Below, piece by piece: positions 1 through 10,403 of a stretch of 64,000 nucleotides of DNA (position 1 is its first letter; every line of letters begins with the position of its first letter). Under the pieces are notes generated by a model. It was not told the DNA's origin, did not search any database, and saw only the letters and a program-made list of their open reading frames with translations. The position numbers and the translations under genes were made by a program. This DNA is from Candidatus Anstonellales archaeon (GTDB lineage: Archaea; Micrarchaeota; Micrarchaeia; Anstonellales; J096): contig JAWAFI010000001.1 in assembly GCA_038890615.1 (NCBI GenBank), positions 162,611 to 226,610 on the forward strand. The letters run 5' to 3'.

Positions 1-660
1 CCAAAGCAGCTTGAGGATTACAGGGCGTTCTACAACAGCACAGAGCCACTAAAAGATGCAAGAAGGATACCGCTTATAAAGGAGATATTCAACAAAAGCA
101 GCGAAATATTCGTTGCCTCAGTTTTCAAAAAAACATTCATTGAGCTCTTCAAGAAGCACGACGTGCTCCAGCAGATAAGGGTGCTTCTTGATGCCTATTA
201 TTATTACTTGTTAGACAAGGAAATAACCTCATCAGACCCTTCTGCTGCAAAACTTATTGCACTCATAAAGGAAGAAATAGACATAAAGAATGTTATTACC
301 ATCCTTAGGCTCAAGCACAAGAAGAGGCCTGAGTCTGAAATAAATAATTATATAGTTGAAGGAGGCAACATGGGCAAGCATGTGAAGCGGCTTTTCAGCT
401 ACGACACAACCAAGCTAAGCGCTTATGTTGAATCAAGATGGGGGGTGAAAGGTAGCTTAGATGAAATTGAAATAGAGATTGAAAAGAAGATGGCGCTCAA
501 GAGGCTAAAGAGCTTCTACAGGGAAGGGGTTTCGCTTGGGTCCATAATAGGCTTCATGTTTTTAAAGGAAGAAGAGATGAAGAATGTAAGGAAAATTGTT
601 AGGGGGAAGGAGCTTGGGATGGGAAGGGAGGAGATTGAGAAAAGCCTGGTGATGATATGA
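1..660 (+). CDS. atpC: A/V-type ATP synthase subunit C (5'-truncated by window edge)
   Basis: Frame is open from base 1; EIDIKN and KEEEMKNVRKIVRGK motifs; lies upstream of F-A-B. Confidence 0.9.
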   Translation, partial: PKQLEDYRAFYNSTEPLKDARRIPLIKEIFNKSSEIFVASVFKKTFIELFKKHDVLQQIRVLLDAYYYYLLDKEITSSDPSAAKLIALIKEEIDIKNVITILRLKHKKRPESEINNYIVEGGNMGKHVKRLFSYDTTKLSAYVESRWGVKGSLDEIEIEIEKKMALKRLKSFYREGVSLGSIIGFMFLKEEEMKNVRKIVRGKELGMGREEIEKSLVMI

Positions 661-965
661 TAACGGTAATAGGGCAGGATTACATAGTCACTGGCCTTAT
701 ATTAGGAGGGGCAGATGAAGGCATAGCTGTATCAAGCCAAAAAGAGTTTGAAAAAGAGGTTGAGAAGGCTCTCCAAAGGGATGACATAGAGGTGCTGATA
801 ATAAGTGAGGACATGCTTGAGAACGCTGATTGGCAGCTCAAGGCAAGGTTGGAAAGGATTGCAAGGCCTGTTATTGTGGCTATTCCTACGCTCAGTTCGC
901 CTGAAGAAAGCAGCAGGCTGAAGGAGCTCATAAGAAAAACATTAGGATTTGATGTGGTGAAATAA
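657..965 (+). CDS. atpF: A/V-type ATP synthase subunit F
   Basis: 102 aa; N-terminal ITVIG..G..LGG and C-terminal PVIVAIP...LIRKTLG; operon position. Confidence 0.92.
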   Translation: MITVIGQDYIVTGLILGGADEGIAVSSQKEFEKEVEKALQRDDIEVLIISEDMLENADWQLKARLERIARPVIVAIPTLSSPEESSRLKELIRKTLGFDVVK

Positions 966-2680
966 TGGGACACATACATAGGATATCTGGCCCTGTGATT
1001 GTTGCAAGGGGCCTGGATGCAAAAATGTACGATTTGCTTAGGGTTGGCGAAGAGGAGCTTATGGGGGAAGTAATAAAGATTGTTGGCGAGAATATAATAG
1101 CGCAGGTATATGAGGAAACTTCTGGGCTCAGACCGGGTGAGCCTGTAAGTAGCACTGGAAAGCCTCTTTCAGTTGAACTTGGTCCAGGAGTGCTTAAGAG
1201 CATATTTGATGGAATACAAAGGCCCCTTTCAGGCATAGCGGCAAAGGAAGGGCTTTTCATCAAAAGAGGGGTAAAGGTTGATTCCATTGATAGAGACAAG
1301 AAATGGGACTTTGAGGCAAAAGCCAAGAAAGGGCAGGAAGTTGAAAGAGGAGATGTGCTAGGGACAGTAAAGGAAACAGAGGTTATTGAGCATAAGATTC
1401 TAGCTCCAACTGACGGCAAGGTTATTGAGATTCATGAAGGCAAGAAATCAGCAGAGGACATTGTGGCAGTAATAGAAGAGTATGGGAAAAGGCAAGAAGT
1501 GAAACTAATAAGCACATGGCCAGTAAGGATACCTAGGCCATACAAGAGGAAGCTTGCCCCAGAAGTGCCTCTCATTACAGGCCAGAGAGTAGTTGACATG
1601 TTTTTCCCGCTTGCAAAAGGCGGGGCTGCAGCTATCCCAGGCCCTTTTGGCTCAGGAAAAACAGTGACACAGCAGGCGCTTGCAAAGTGGAGCGACACAG
1701 ACCTTGTAGTATATATAGGATGTGGGGAAAGAGGCAATGAAATGACAGAGGTGCTTAAGGAGTTCCCGCACCTTGAGGACCCAAAGACAGGAAAGCCTCT
1801 CATGGAGAGGACAGTGCTCATAGCAAATACAAGCAACATGCCTGTAGCAGCAAGGGAAGCAAGCGTTTACACTGGGATTACGATAGCAGAATACTATAGG
1901 GATATGGGATACGATATAGCGCTCATGGCTGATTCTACCTCAAGGTGGGCAGAAGCAATGAGAGAGATTTCAGGAAGGCTTGAGGAGATGCCTGGGGAGG
2001 AGGGATATCCAGCATATTTGGCAAGGAAGCTGGCAGAATTCTACGAAAGGGCAGGAAGAGTAATAACTCTAGGCAAGGGCGAGAGGTATGGGAGCGTAAC
2101 TGTGATCGGAGCTGTTTCGCCCCCAGGAGGGGACATAAGCGAGCCTGTTTCGCAGAACACGCTTAGAGTAACAAAAGTTTTCCTTGCCTTGGACGCATCC
2201 CTTGCCCATAGGAGGCATTTCCCTGCAATCCACTGGCTAAAGAGCTACTCGCTTTATACCCAGACGCTTAAGGATTGGTATGAAGAAAAGTATGAAGGGT
2301 GGGATGCTATGAGGGAGGTTGCTATGGGCATACTACAAAAAGAGGCAGAGCTCCAGGAAATAGTCCAGCTTGTAGGGCCTGATGCATTGCCTGAAAAGGA
2401 GCAGGGGCTCCTGCTCATTGCAAAATCAATAAGGGAGGACTTCCTCCAGCAGAGCGCCTACTCAGAAGACGCCTATTGCTCCCCGCAGAAGCAATACTAT
2501 ATGTTAAAGGCAATACTGACGCTTAGGGATGCTGTAAACAAGGCAATTGAAAGAGGAAAAAGGGTAAAGGAGATAGCAGAAAGCGAGATAATGGAGAAGA
2601 TAGCAAGAATGAAAGAAATGAAAAACGATGATGAGGATGGATTTAAACAACTTATTTCAAGGATAAAGGCAGGTGTATGA
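965..2680 (+). CDS. atpA: A/V-type ATP synthase subunit A
   Basis: Walker [37 protein letters not shown]; no intein. Confidence 0.99.
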   Translation: MGHIHRISGPVIVARGLDAKMYDLLRVGEEELMGEVIKIVGENIIAQVYEETSGLRPGEPVSSTGKPLSVELGPGVLKSIFDGIQRPLSGIAAKEGLFIKRGVKVDSIDRDKKWDFEAKAKKGQEVERGDVLGTVKETEVIEHKILAPTDGKVIEIHEGKKSAEDIVAVIEEYGKRQEVKLISTWPVRIPRPYKRKLAPEVPLITGQRVVDMFFPLAKGGAAAIPGPFGSGKTVTQQALAKWSDTDLVVYIGCGERGNEMTEVLKEFPHLEDPKTGKPLMERTVLIANTSNMPVAAREASVYTGITIAEYYRDMGYDIALMADSTSRWAEAMREISGRLEEMPGEEGYPAYLARKLAEFYERAGRVITLGKGERYGSVTVIGAVSPPGGDISEPVSQNTLRVTKVFLALDASLAHRRHFPAIHWLKSYSLYTQTLKDWYEEKYEGWDAMREVAMGILQKEAELQEIVQLVGPDALPEKEQGLLLIAKSIREDFLQQSAYSEDAYCSPQKQYYMLKAILTLRDAVNKAIERGKRVKEIAESEIMEKIARMKEMKNDDEDGFKQLISRIKAGV

Positions 2681-4044
2681 TTATGAAGGAGTACAAACTA
2701 ATTGAGCAGATTGCTGGTCCCCTTGTTTTCGTAAGCGGGGTTAGCGGAGTTGCTTACAATGAACTGGCAGAAGTAGTATTAGAGAGCGGGGAGAAAGTCA
2801 AAGGCCAGGTCCTTGATGTAAGCGAAGGGGTTGCTGTTGTGCAGGTATTCGGCTCTACAGCAGGGATAAGCACAAAGAGCAGCGTCCGCTTCCTAGGGGA
2901 AACGATGAAAGTGAACGTAAGCGAGGATATGCTTGGCAGGGTTTTCAATGGGCTTGGTGAGCCAAGAGACACAGGCCCAGAAGTATTTGCAGAAGAGAGG
3001 CTTGACATAAATGGCGCAGCAATAAACCCATACTCAAGGATGGAACCAAGGGACTTTATCCAAACAGGGATAAGCACAATAGACGGAATGAACACGTTAG
3101 TCAGGGGGCAGAAGCTTCCTATATTCTCTGCAGCAGGCCTTCCACACAACAAGCTCGCAGCACAGATAGCAAGGCAGGCTACAGTCAAGGGTGAGGAGTT
3201 TGCGGTTGTATTCGCTGCAATAGGCATTACGAATGAAGAAGCGCTTTTCTTCATGCAGGACTTTGAGAAGACAGGGGCGCTGGAGAACGCTGTGCTTTTC
3301 CTGAATTTGGCAGACGACCCATCAATAGAGAGGATCATAACCCCAAGGATTGCGCTCACTACTGCCGAATACCTTGCCTTTGAGAAGGACATGCACGTGC
3401 TTGTAATCCTCTCTGACATGACAAACTACTGCGAATCGCTGAGGGAGATAGCAGCAGCAAGGCAGGAGGTTCCAGGGAGGAGGGGCTACCCGGGCTACAT
3501 GTACACTGACTTGGCAAGCATTTATGAAAGGGCAGGGAGGGTTGAGGGAAAGAAAGGGACACTTACTCAGTTCCCTATACTAACCATGCCTGGGGATGAC
3601 ATAACACATCCAATACCAGACCTAACAGGTTATATTACAGAAGGCCAGATTGTGCTGAGCAGGGAGCTCCACAGAAAAGGCATATACCCGCCTGTTGACC
3701 CACTTCCATCACTCTCAAGGCTTATGAACTTAGGGATAGGCAAGGAGAGGACAAGGGAAGACCATAGGGGGGTTGCAGACCAGCTCTATGCTTCCTATGC
3801 AAACGGCAGGGACTTAAGGAGCCTTAGCGCAGTTGTAGGCGAAGAGGCGCTTACAGAAATAGACAGGAAGTATTTGAGGTTTGCTGATGAGTTTGAAAAG
3901 AAATTCATAGCTCAAGGGCCTTATGAGAACAGGAGCATTGAAGAAACGCTTTCAATAGGATGGGATTTATTAGCAGAGCTGCCTGAAAAGGAGCTAAAGA
4001 GGATAAAGACAGAGTACATAAAGAAGTACCTGAAAAAGAAATGA
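2677..4044 (+). CDS. atpB: A/V-type ATP synthase subunit B
   Basis: [37 protein letters not shown]. Confidence 0.99.
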   Translation: MIMKEYKLIEQIAGPLVFVSGVSGVAYNELAEVVLESGEKVKGQVLDVSEGVAVVQVFGSTAGISTKSSVRFLGETMKVNVSEDMLGRVFNGLGEPRDTGPEVFAEERLDINGAAINPYSRMEPRDFIQTGISTIDGMNTLVRGQKLPIFSAAGLPHNKLAAQIARQATVKGEEFAVVFAAIGITNEEALFFMQDFEKTGALENAVLFLNLADDPSIERIITPRIALTTAEYLAFEKDMHVLVILSDMTNYCESLREIAAARQEVPGRRGYPGYMYTDLASIYERAGRVEGKKGTLTQFPILTMPGDDITHPIPDLTGYITEGQIVLSRELHRKGIYPPVDPLPSLSRLMNLGIGKERTREDHRGVADQLYASYANGRDLRSLSAVVGEEALTEIDRKYLRFADEFEKKFIAQGPYENRSIEETLSIGWDLLAELPEKELKRIKTEYIKKYLKKK

Positions 4045-4409
4045 TGACTTACAGCAAAGGGGCGAGGGTTGAGCGCGAGTTCATGGAAAAGCTCAATTCT
4101 TATGGATTCCTTACTGTCAGGGTTGCAGGCAGCGGTAAGCATGGGCCTGATGTGCTTGCCTTCAAGGGGCACAGGGCTTATGCATTTGAAATCAAAGCAG
4201 TAGACAGTGATTACTTATGGATAAGGCAGGAACAGCTTGACGCAATAAAAGATTGGAATGAGAAGGCAGGGATAGAGTTTTTCATTGCGTGGAAGAAAGA
4301 GAAGAAATTCTACTTAATAAGGCCTGAGGAGCTAGAGGGCAAGAGCGGGATCCCTTTCAGCAGGGCAAAGCTGATAGGCAGGGACTTCTACTACTTGGTA
4401 AGGGAGTAG
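4041..4409 (+). CDS. hjc: Holliday junction resolvase Hjc
   Basis: KGARVERE...R.AGSG..PDVLA...FEIK (PD-(D/E)xK) signature. Confidence 0.93.
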   Translation: MMTYSKGARVEREFMEKLNSYGFLTVRVAGSGKHGPDVLAFKGHRAYAFEIKAVDSDYLWIRQEQLDAIKDWNEKAGIEFFIAWKKEKKFYLIRPEELEGKSGIPFSRAKLIGRDFYYLVRE

Positions 4410-5388
4410 AAAATGGGACAGAGCGGGAAAGGGGCCTTTTTTCCTTTTTTTGCTTTGATTGAATAGGATTAGGGGGATTGCTCTCCTTTCCCTTTGCTTC
4501 CTTCTTTTCCTTTTTTTGCTCCTGCTTGGCAGGCTCTTCTTTCAGGTTAGAAGGCCCCTTGTCTTTCCACTTCCCCTTTTCCTTTCCGAATACATCAAAG
4601 AACATCAGCACCCAAGGGTTGGATGCTATGTAAGCATAAAAATTCTTTTCTGGCTCCTTTAATTCGTTCTTCTGCTCTCCATCATACCTTACCAGGTAGC
4701 GCCCAAGCTTAAGCATGCCTTCCTTACCTTCCTGCATATATGAATTATGGGTTGTGAATGAAACCTCCATCTCTTGGTAGATTGGCTCAATGAAGGAGCT
4801 TGTGAATGCAGTGAAGGAAGAGGTATGCAAGGAGGAGATTGAGCAAGATACACAGGGCTCTTTTGAGAATGCCCTTGGGGCATATGAATCAATTTCCTTG
4901 TCCCATTCGCCGTTGAAGCCTCCTTTCTCAACTAAGAATGAGATGGGGCTGTCAACGAATATCTCAGAGGCGCCAAAGAAGTATTCCTTGCCGTTGAATG
5001 AGGAAACCGGCAGAGCCCAGCCAGAGTCGCTCTTGAAAAAGAACTGTATGCCTCCTTTTGAGTGCTTGGGCTGAATGCTTGAGCGGCTCACCCGCGCAAG
5101 CTGGGGATCTTGCTCCTTCTTCACATCTCCAATGTAGTCGCCTATGGAGGAAGAGTATATTGAAACAGAATAGCCATTCTGCACAAGTATGGAAACTATT
5201 GCATCCTGCATGGATGAGCCCTTTTGCACTGCACCCTCAAGCTCAACTTGGGATGAGCCTTCTTTGTATAGGAGGCGAAGCAGAATCTGGCCTTTGGGTG
5301 AAAGCCTTTCCTCACTGACCCCATGCATTCGGCTAAATGGAGTTGGTGCTTTAGGTGGTTTCTGGCCAAATTCTTTCAAAGAAGGCAT
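4357..5388 (-). CDS. Hypothetical protein with low-complexity charged C-terminus
   Basis: 343-aa ORF with host-like codon usage; no confident family. Confidence 0.7.
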   Translation of the reverse strand: MPSLKEFGQKPPKAPTPFSRMHGVSEERLSPKGQILLRLLYKEGSSQVELEGAVQKGSSMQDAIVSILVQNGYSVSIYSSSIGDYIGDVKKEQDPQLARVSRSSIQPKHSKGGIQFFFKSDSGWALPVSSFNGKEYFFGASEIFVDSPISFLVEKGGFNGEWDKEIDSYAPRAFSKEPCVSCSISSLHTSSFTAFTSSFIEPIYQEMEVSFTTHNSYMQEGKEGMLKLGRYLVRYDGEQKNELKEPEKNFYAYIASNPWVLMFFDVFGKEKGKWKDKGPSNLKEEPAKQEQKKEKKEAKGKESNPPNPIQSKQKKEKRPLSRSVPFSTPLPSSRSPCLSALPC

Positions 5389-5435
5389 TGCTTATGCTTA
5401 GCGAACTGCTTTAATAACTTTTCTGTAAGGAAGGA

Positions 5436-6401
5436 TTAGACACATCTTACCTTCTCAACCCTGTAATTCTGCTCTGCAGCTATGCCCTTTAATGGGGTCG
5501 GGCCATGCTTCTTGAAGTGGAGGTATGAGAGGAGGGCTATCATAGCACCGTTGTCCCTGTTGAACTCATCAGGGGCAAAGCCGAATTTGAAGCCATCTTC
5601 TTTGCACATGGATGAAAGCATGCTGCGAAGCCTTTTGCTTTGGGCAACCCCACCGCAAACAACAAGCCCTTTGCGCTTTGTAAGGTAGAGAGCTCTCTCA
5701 GAAGCCTCGCAGAGCATTGCATAAGCCGTTTCCATGACTGAATAGGCAATGTCCTGCGCCTTCTCCCTCCCTATAAGCCGTTGGGCATATGTTAGCATGC
5801 CTGAAAAAGCAACATTCATGCCCTTTACATTGTAAGGCATTTCTATGTAAGAGCCCCCTTCAGCCAAAGAGGAAAGCGCTGAGCCATGGGAATGAAGGCC
5901 AAGGGAGCGTGCCAGTGAATCAAAGAGGTTGCCAACGCCTATGTCAAGGGTTTCTCCATGCACAACAACCTTGCCATTCTTCTCTGTGAGTATTTGGGTG
6001 TTGCCACCGCTCACATACAAAAAAACAGGGTTTTTGACTTTGCTCATCAATTCACCAACCTTCATATGCGCATATGCATGGTTGACCCCTACTATGGGTT
6101 TTTTGAAGTAGGATGAAAGGTAGCGGGCAAGCATTACCCCTATCTTAAGCGTGGTGCCTATTCCAGGGCCTGTTGCAACCCCAAACAGGTCAATGTCTTT
6201 TAGCGAAAGGCCTGCATCCTTAAGTGCTGAGTAAAGCACTTCCTTTGCTTTGGAGGCGTGGTGGTCTGCCATCTCAGTGGGCACATAGCCCTTGCCTTTA
6301 GGGGGGGTAAAGGTTGAAAAGGCGTTTGAAACAACTTTCGTATTCTCAGCAATGCCAATCCCGAAAGTATGCGCAGTGCTCTCTATGCCAAGGGTTATCA
6401 T
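5436..6401 (-). CDS. kae1: t6A tRNA threonylcarbamoyltransferase Kae1/TsaD (not fused to Bud32)
   Basis: LGIESTAHT, VNHAYAH, VSGGNTQ, GGVAQS, DNGAMIA; start moved to ATG 6401, which overlaps the upstream stop. Confidence 0.97.
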   Translation of the reverse strand: MITLGIESTAHTFGIGIAENTKVVSNAFSTFTPPKGKGYVPTEMADHHASKAKEVLYSALKDAGLSLKDIDLFGVATGPGIGTTLKIGVMLARYLSSYFKKPIVGVNHAYAHMKVGELMSKVKNPVFLYVSGGNTQILTEKNGKVVVHGETLDIGVGNLFDSLARSLGLHSHGSALSSLAEGGSYIEMPYNVKGMNVAFSGMLTYAQRLIGREKAQDIAYSVMETAYAMLCEASERALYLTKRKGLVVCGGVAQSKRLRSMLSSMCKEDGFKFGFAPDEFNRDNGAMIALLSYLHFKKHGPTPLKGIAAEQNYRVEKVRCV

Positions 6402-6997
6402 GGAAACAGCACCCTTATTGCTATAACAGAGGAGAGGTTGTAAAGCATATGGGCCACTATGCATGGGGCAATCCCCTTCCTTTCTGCAAGAATACCTAGC
6501 ACAAGAGCAAGCGTGAAAGCCCCAGATAGCTCAACAATGCTCCCATAAGAGATATGGAAAAAGGTAAATAGTATTGAGGAGAGGATAAGGCCGATCTTCT
6601 CAAGCATTAGCCGCCTGAAGAATATCTCCTCTGTTATGGGGGCTATGAAAACTGCAATGAGGAGGATTGCTATTGGCATCTCTTGTATGAAACGGGAAAC
6701 AGCGCCTGAATCATCAAATCCTATTAGCCTCAGGAAAAAGAAGCCAATGAAATAGATGCACAGCATAAGGAAAAGAGAACCAATACCATAAAGAACCGCT
6801 TCGGTTGGGGTTGACTTCAACAAGCTTAGGTTTCCTAGGAGCTTTTTGAAGTCTGCATCATAGTAAGCATAGAGTGCTGAAAGCAAAAAAGCAGAGTGGA
6901 GGGAAATGACGTTAAGAAGAAGGTTTTTGAAAAAAAGCGCTGATGCACCAAAAAAGACAAGCGAGATGACCAAAAGGGCAAGGATAAAGCCCTTCAT
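6398..6997 (-). CDS. CPBP/CAAX (Abi) intramembrane glutamic protease
   Basis: APITEEIFFR, F..FH and HMLYN motifs; hydrophobic. Confidence 0.93.
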   Translation of the reverse strand: MKGFILALLVISLVFFGASALFFKNLLLNVISLHSAFLLSALYAYYDADFKKLLGNLSLLKSTPTEAVLYGIGSLFLMLCIYFIGFFFLRLIGFDDSGAVSRFIQEMPIAILLIAVFIAPITEEIFFRRLMLEKIGLILSSILFTFFHISYGSIVELSGAFTLALVLGILAERKGIAPCIVAHMLYNLSSVIAIRVLFP

Positions 6998-7611
6998 AGG
7001 ATACCACCTAATATCCCCCCGATGAGAGCGCAGACCATGTTTGAGGTTTCCTTTGTACCAAGCCCTTTTTCCTCAAATATTCCTGCAATGCTATCAGCCA
7101 TGTTGCCAATGAAGCCGGCAATAGTTATTGCGACCATTTGCTCTGCATTTGCTGAAAAGATAAAATGTGCTGAAAGGCCTATTGCTGCTGCTCCTGCAAG
7201 CGAGGCAAGCGTGCCAAGCAAGCTTACTGCTCCGCTCTTGCCTGCTCTTGTCTTCTTCGCTTTAAGCAAGCCGCTCAAGTCATAGGGGCTCTTGTCCATT
7301 ACCCCTATTTCTGAGGCAAACTTGTCAGAGGTTATTGCAGCTATGCTTGAGGCAAAAATAGGCCACTGGAAGAATGGGGAGAGCACAGCAAATATTGTTG
7401 GGAAGAGCCCATTTGAAGCGACATTCTTCCAACCCCTGTCATATTCATATAGGCCTGCCTCTTTCTTTTCCCAGTAGCCGTATTTTGTGACTGCTATTGA
7501 AAGAAGCAAGAAGATGAGCATAAGGAAGAGGTATGAAGAGCCTGCAAAAAAGTAGATGATGACCCCTATTAGAACAGCACAGGCGATCCCTGCAAAATCA
7601 AGCATCAGCAT
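6994..7611 (-). CDS. DUF92/TMEM19 family membrane protein
   Basis: R.WKNV.SNG, SDKFASEIG, SGAVSLLG, ADSIAG. Confidence 0.9.
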   Translation of the reverse strand: MLMLDFAGIACAVLIGVIIYFFAGSSYLFLMLIFLLLSIAVTKYGYWEKKEAGLYEYDRGWKNVASNGLFPTIFAVLSPFFQWPIFASSIAAITSDKFASEIGVMDKSPYDLSGLLKAKKTRAGKSGAVSLLGTLASLAGAAAIGLSAHFIFSANAEQMVAITIAGFIGNMADSIAGIFEEKGLGTKETSNMVCALIGGILGGIL

Positions 7612-8564
7612 ATCTCCACCTTTTTGCCTCCTATCCTTATATCCCTGCTTACGAACTCCTTTATAATCCTTGCAGATGTTAGAAGATGGCTGGAATGCTC
7701 ACTTACTGAGTAGGACGTAGCTCCTTTGGAAAGCGATGCATAAGGAAGGAGCTGGTCTGCCAAATAAGTATCAACCTCATATTGGTTTTCTTTGCTAAAT
7801 GATTCAAATGCTTCTTCTGCCAATTCTTCTGCCCTTTTTCCTTTCTCCCCTACAGAGCAAACACCTGTTGAGCCGCTCCATATGAGCAAAGAATTGCCTA
7901 TGCTTTCCTTTGTTTGGATTATGCGGATTCCCTCAATTCCTTTCTCAACAAGCACTTTTTTTTCCCTCAAGGCTATGGAAAAATCAAGGTTATCAACCCT
8001 TATTATTGCTTTTGTTTTGGATTTAGGCCAGAAGGAATTCCCTTTTGGCTGTGCAGGCTTAACCAAAAATCGCATTATGCCCCCTCCTTCTGGGTAGTAG
8101 CCGGGCTTAAGCAATGAGGATGAACAGCTTATGCCGAAGAAGGACAGGGAAGGAAGAAAAACCTCTGAGAAATATTCGTAAGTGGGGGCCCACTTAACAT
8201 GAGTCCCGCCTATGATTTCAACCTCGCTGGGCTTCTCTGCATAAATAAGTATAGGGATTAGAGTTTGCGCAACAAGCACAGCTGAGCCAGCAGTGCCTAT
8301 GTTGATCTTATACTTACCACCGACTATTTTCTTGGGGATGAATTCAAGAGTTGAGCTGCCTGGTTCAGCACCTTTCACTTCTGCACGTGAAACTTTCCTT
8401 GCAGCGCTTACTGCTGCCAAATGCTGGGGGGCTAATCCAGGGTTAGGCCTGTTGGCTCTTATATTTTCTAGTCTAAATGGCTTCTTGGTTATTGAAGATA
8501 AGGAGAGGCAGAGCCTTAATATCTGCCCTCCTCCTTCCATGGCAGATCCATCAATAAAAAGCAT
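7605..8564 (-). CDS. rtcA: RNA 3'-terminal phosphate cyclase
   Basis: DGS.MEGGGQILR, IRANRPNPGLAPQH, GYYPEGGG, LADQL, SHLLT. Confidence 0.96.
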   Translation of the reverse strand: MLFIDGSAMEGGGQILRLCLSLSSITKKPFRLENIRANRPNPGLAPQHLAAVSAARKVSRAEVKGAEPGSSTLEFIPKKIVGGKYKINIGTAGSAVLVAQTLIPILIYAEKPSEVEIIGGTHVKWAPTYEYFSEVFLPSLSFFGISCSSSLLKPGYYPEGGGIMRFLVKPAQPKGNSFWPKSKTKAIIRVDNLDFSIALREKKVLVEKGIEGIRIIQTKESIGNSLLIWSGSTGVCSVGEKGKRAEELAEEAFESFSKENQYEVDTYLADQLLPYASLSKGATSYSVSEHSSHLLTSARIIKEFVSRDIRIGGKKVEIC

Positions 8565-8565
8565 A

Positions 8566-8638
8566 AGCCCTGAGAGGGAATTGAACCCTCGGCCTCTTCC
8601 TTACCAAGGAAGCGCTCTGCCTACTGAGCTATCAGGGC
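8566..8638 (-). tRNA. tRNA-Thr(GGT)
   Basis: Cloverleaf GCCCTGA...TCAGGGC-T; anticodon arm CTTCC-TTGGTAA-GGAAG; T-loop TTCAATT. Confidence 0.97.
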
Positions 8639-8678
8639 TTCTTTGTAGATTTTTGGGTTAAGGGTTTTTATTGTTTTG

Positions 8679-9227
8679 CTATTCTAATACATCTGCTTCA
8701 AAGCCAGCCTCCCCTAAAAGCTTGGCAACCTCCTTGTGGTCTGCCTCGCCGTAGAATTTTGATTCTCCTGAAAGGAGGAATTTTGGCTTACTGAGGTTCC
8801 CTGAAAACTCCAAAAAGCCACCCCTGACAAAGCGAATGGGCTCTTTTATCAGTCCTTCTATTTTATCAGCAACTTCCTTATGTGCATTGCAGGAAGGGAA
8901 GGCTGCTATAACCCTTTGCCCTGAATCTGTGACCCCTGCCACGTATCTTACTGCTTTATTTTTCTGGGCAACTATGGCTACCTTAACTAAAGTGTTGGAG
9001 GAAAAAAGGCCAATGAAGCCGTTGTACTTCCATGTCGCTTGCTCTGCCTTTATGCTTTCCTTTACCATCTCTTCTAACACAGAATCCTTGTAACTTTGTA
9101 TGCTTTGCCTTACCCTACAATACAGGGACTCTTCAGAAACATTAAATAAGTGCTTTTTTAGTTTATCATAGAGAAGCTTGACCCTATCTGATACTGGTGG
9201 CTTAACCTTGGGTTTTTGGATTTTCAT
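8679..9227 (-). CDS. Protein with C-terminal PHPT1/Janus-like (phosphohistidine phosphatase-like) domain, paralog 3
   Basis: VRYV...NAHKEV...RGGFL...GESKFYGEADH. Confidence 0.7.
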   Translation of the reverse strand: MKIQKPKVKPPVSDRVKLLYDKLKKHLFNVSEESLYCRVRQSIQSYKDSVLEEMVKESIKAEQATWKYNGFIGLFSSNTLVKVAIVAQKNKAVRYVAGVTDSGQRVIAAFPSCNAHKEVADKIEGLIKEPIRFVRGGFLEFSGNLSKPKFLLSGESKFYGEADHKEVAKLLGEAGFEADVLE

Positions 9228-9270
9228 AATGAAGCATATAAAGATAGGTGTTAAAAACTTTTAGTTTGGC

Positions 9271-9876
9271 TTAACCTGAAACCCTTGCTTTAATTCCTGC
9301 TGAAGTCAAAATGCCAACAACCTCTTTGTGGTCTGCTTCTCCGTATTTTTGGGATTCCCCAAAAACTTTTAGCTGGGGATTTTCAATGTCTCCTTCAACC
9401 TTAATCTTCCCCCCTTTTATTGAGCTGAGCTTCTCCTTCAATAAATCCTCAACAGCTTCAACTATGTCAGCATGGTATTCTAAAGGAAGGGCAGCAACAA
9501 CACGCTTTCCTGAAGAGGTGGTTCCAACAATATACTTGATAACAGAGGTTGAGGGAAGAATGAGTAGCACAGAATAATTTGCTGATGAGGAGGAGGAGAA
9601 AAGGCAGTTGTTGTAAACCTCCTTAAGGTGAGTTGAAGTCTCCATTTTGTTTAGAAGGTCTGTTACGGAAAAAATATCATAATCAGGTACTTTCATTCCC
9701 TCTAATTCGTTCAGCCTTTTTTCTATTTCAGGTGGTGCTTTGCCACCAAAAAAAGAATGGCGAAGTTCCTCATTTATAAGCTTTGGGAGTTCTTTATGCT
9801 TCTTAAGCAATAAACTCTCTGTCTCTGCCTTCTTTATTCCGTTCAGCACATTTGAAAGAGTTGATACATCAACCAT
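9271..9876 (-). CDS. Protein with C-terminal PHPT1/Janus-like domain, paralog 2
   Basis: IKYIV...EYHADI...GGKI...KVFGESQKYGEADH, colinear with PHPT1 FKYV...EYHADI...GGGRI...HVYGYSMAYGPAQH. Confidence 0.78.
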   Translation of the reverse strand: MVDVSTLSNVLNGIKKAETESLLLKKHKELPKLINEELRHSFFGGKAPPEIEKRLNELEGMKVPDYDIFSVTDLLNKMETSTHLKEVYNNCLFSSSSSANYSVLLILPSTSVIKYIVGTTSSGKRVVAALPLEYHADIVEAVEDLLKEKLSSIKGGKIKVEGDIENPQLKVFGESQKYGEADHKEVVGILTSAGIKARVSG

Positions 9877-9946
9877 GTTTAGATAACTCCTTACTTGCTT
9901 ATAAATGCTTTTGCACTGAATTTTGAAAAATAGAAAACTGTCTTAT

Positions 9947-10393
9947 CTAGATATCAAAAAAGCAATCTATACCGATCCTTCTAAGCAATGAACCAACAGC
10001 TATGTGGTCTGCCTTTCCATAACGCATTGATTCGCCAAACAGCTTAACCCTTACCTCATCTCCACTTTTCCTAACCTCTATAAAGCCGCCCCTTATATTT
10101 TCCAAGGCTGTATTGGAATATTTTTCAAATGTCTCAACGATGTCTTTGTGAAACTCAAGGGGGAGCGCAAGGATCACCTTAGTTTTATTGCCATCAACAA
10201 TAGCATCACCTATTATATATTTCGTCTTTTGTTCTTCCCTAAGGGCAAGCATGACAAAAAGGTCAGAAGTTGAAAATTCAAAGGTTAAAAGCCCTTTTTC
10301 TTTTTTCCATTTTACATTTTTTTGACCATCCAAGAGTGGCTCGCCTCCCTCTTTGCACCTTTTTGGCAGAGAATGCTCCTCCTTTAGTTCCAT
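9947..10393 (-). CDS. Protein with C-terminal PHPT1/Janus-like domain, paralog 1
   Basis: TKYII...EFHKDI...RGGFI...KLFGESMRYGKADH; GGTGA SD before ATG. Confidence 0.75.
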   Translation of the reverse strand: MELKEEHSLPKRCKEGGEPLLDGQKNVKWKKEKGLLTFEFSTSDLFVMLALREEQKTKYIIGDAIVDGNKTKVILALPLEFHKDIVETFEKYSNTALENIRGGFIEVRKSGDEVRVKLFGESMRYGKADHIAVGSLLRRIGIDCFFDI

Positions 10394-10403
10394 CTTCTCA
10401 CCA

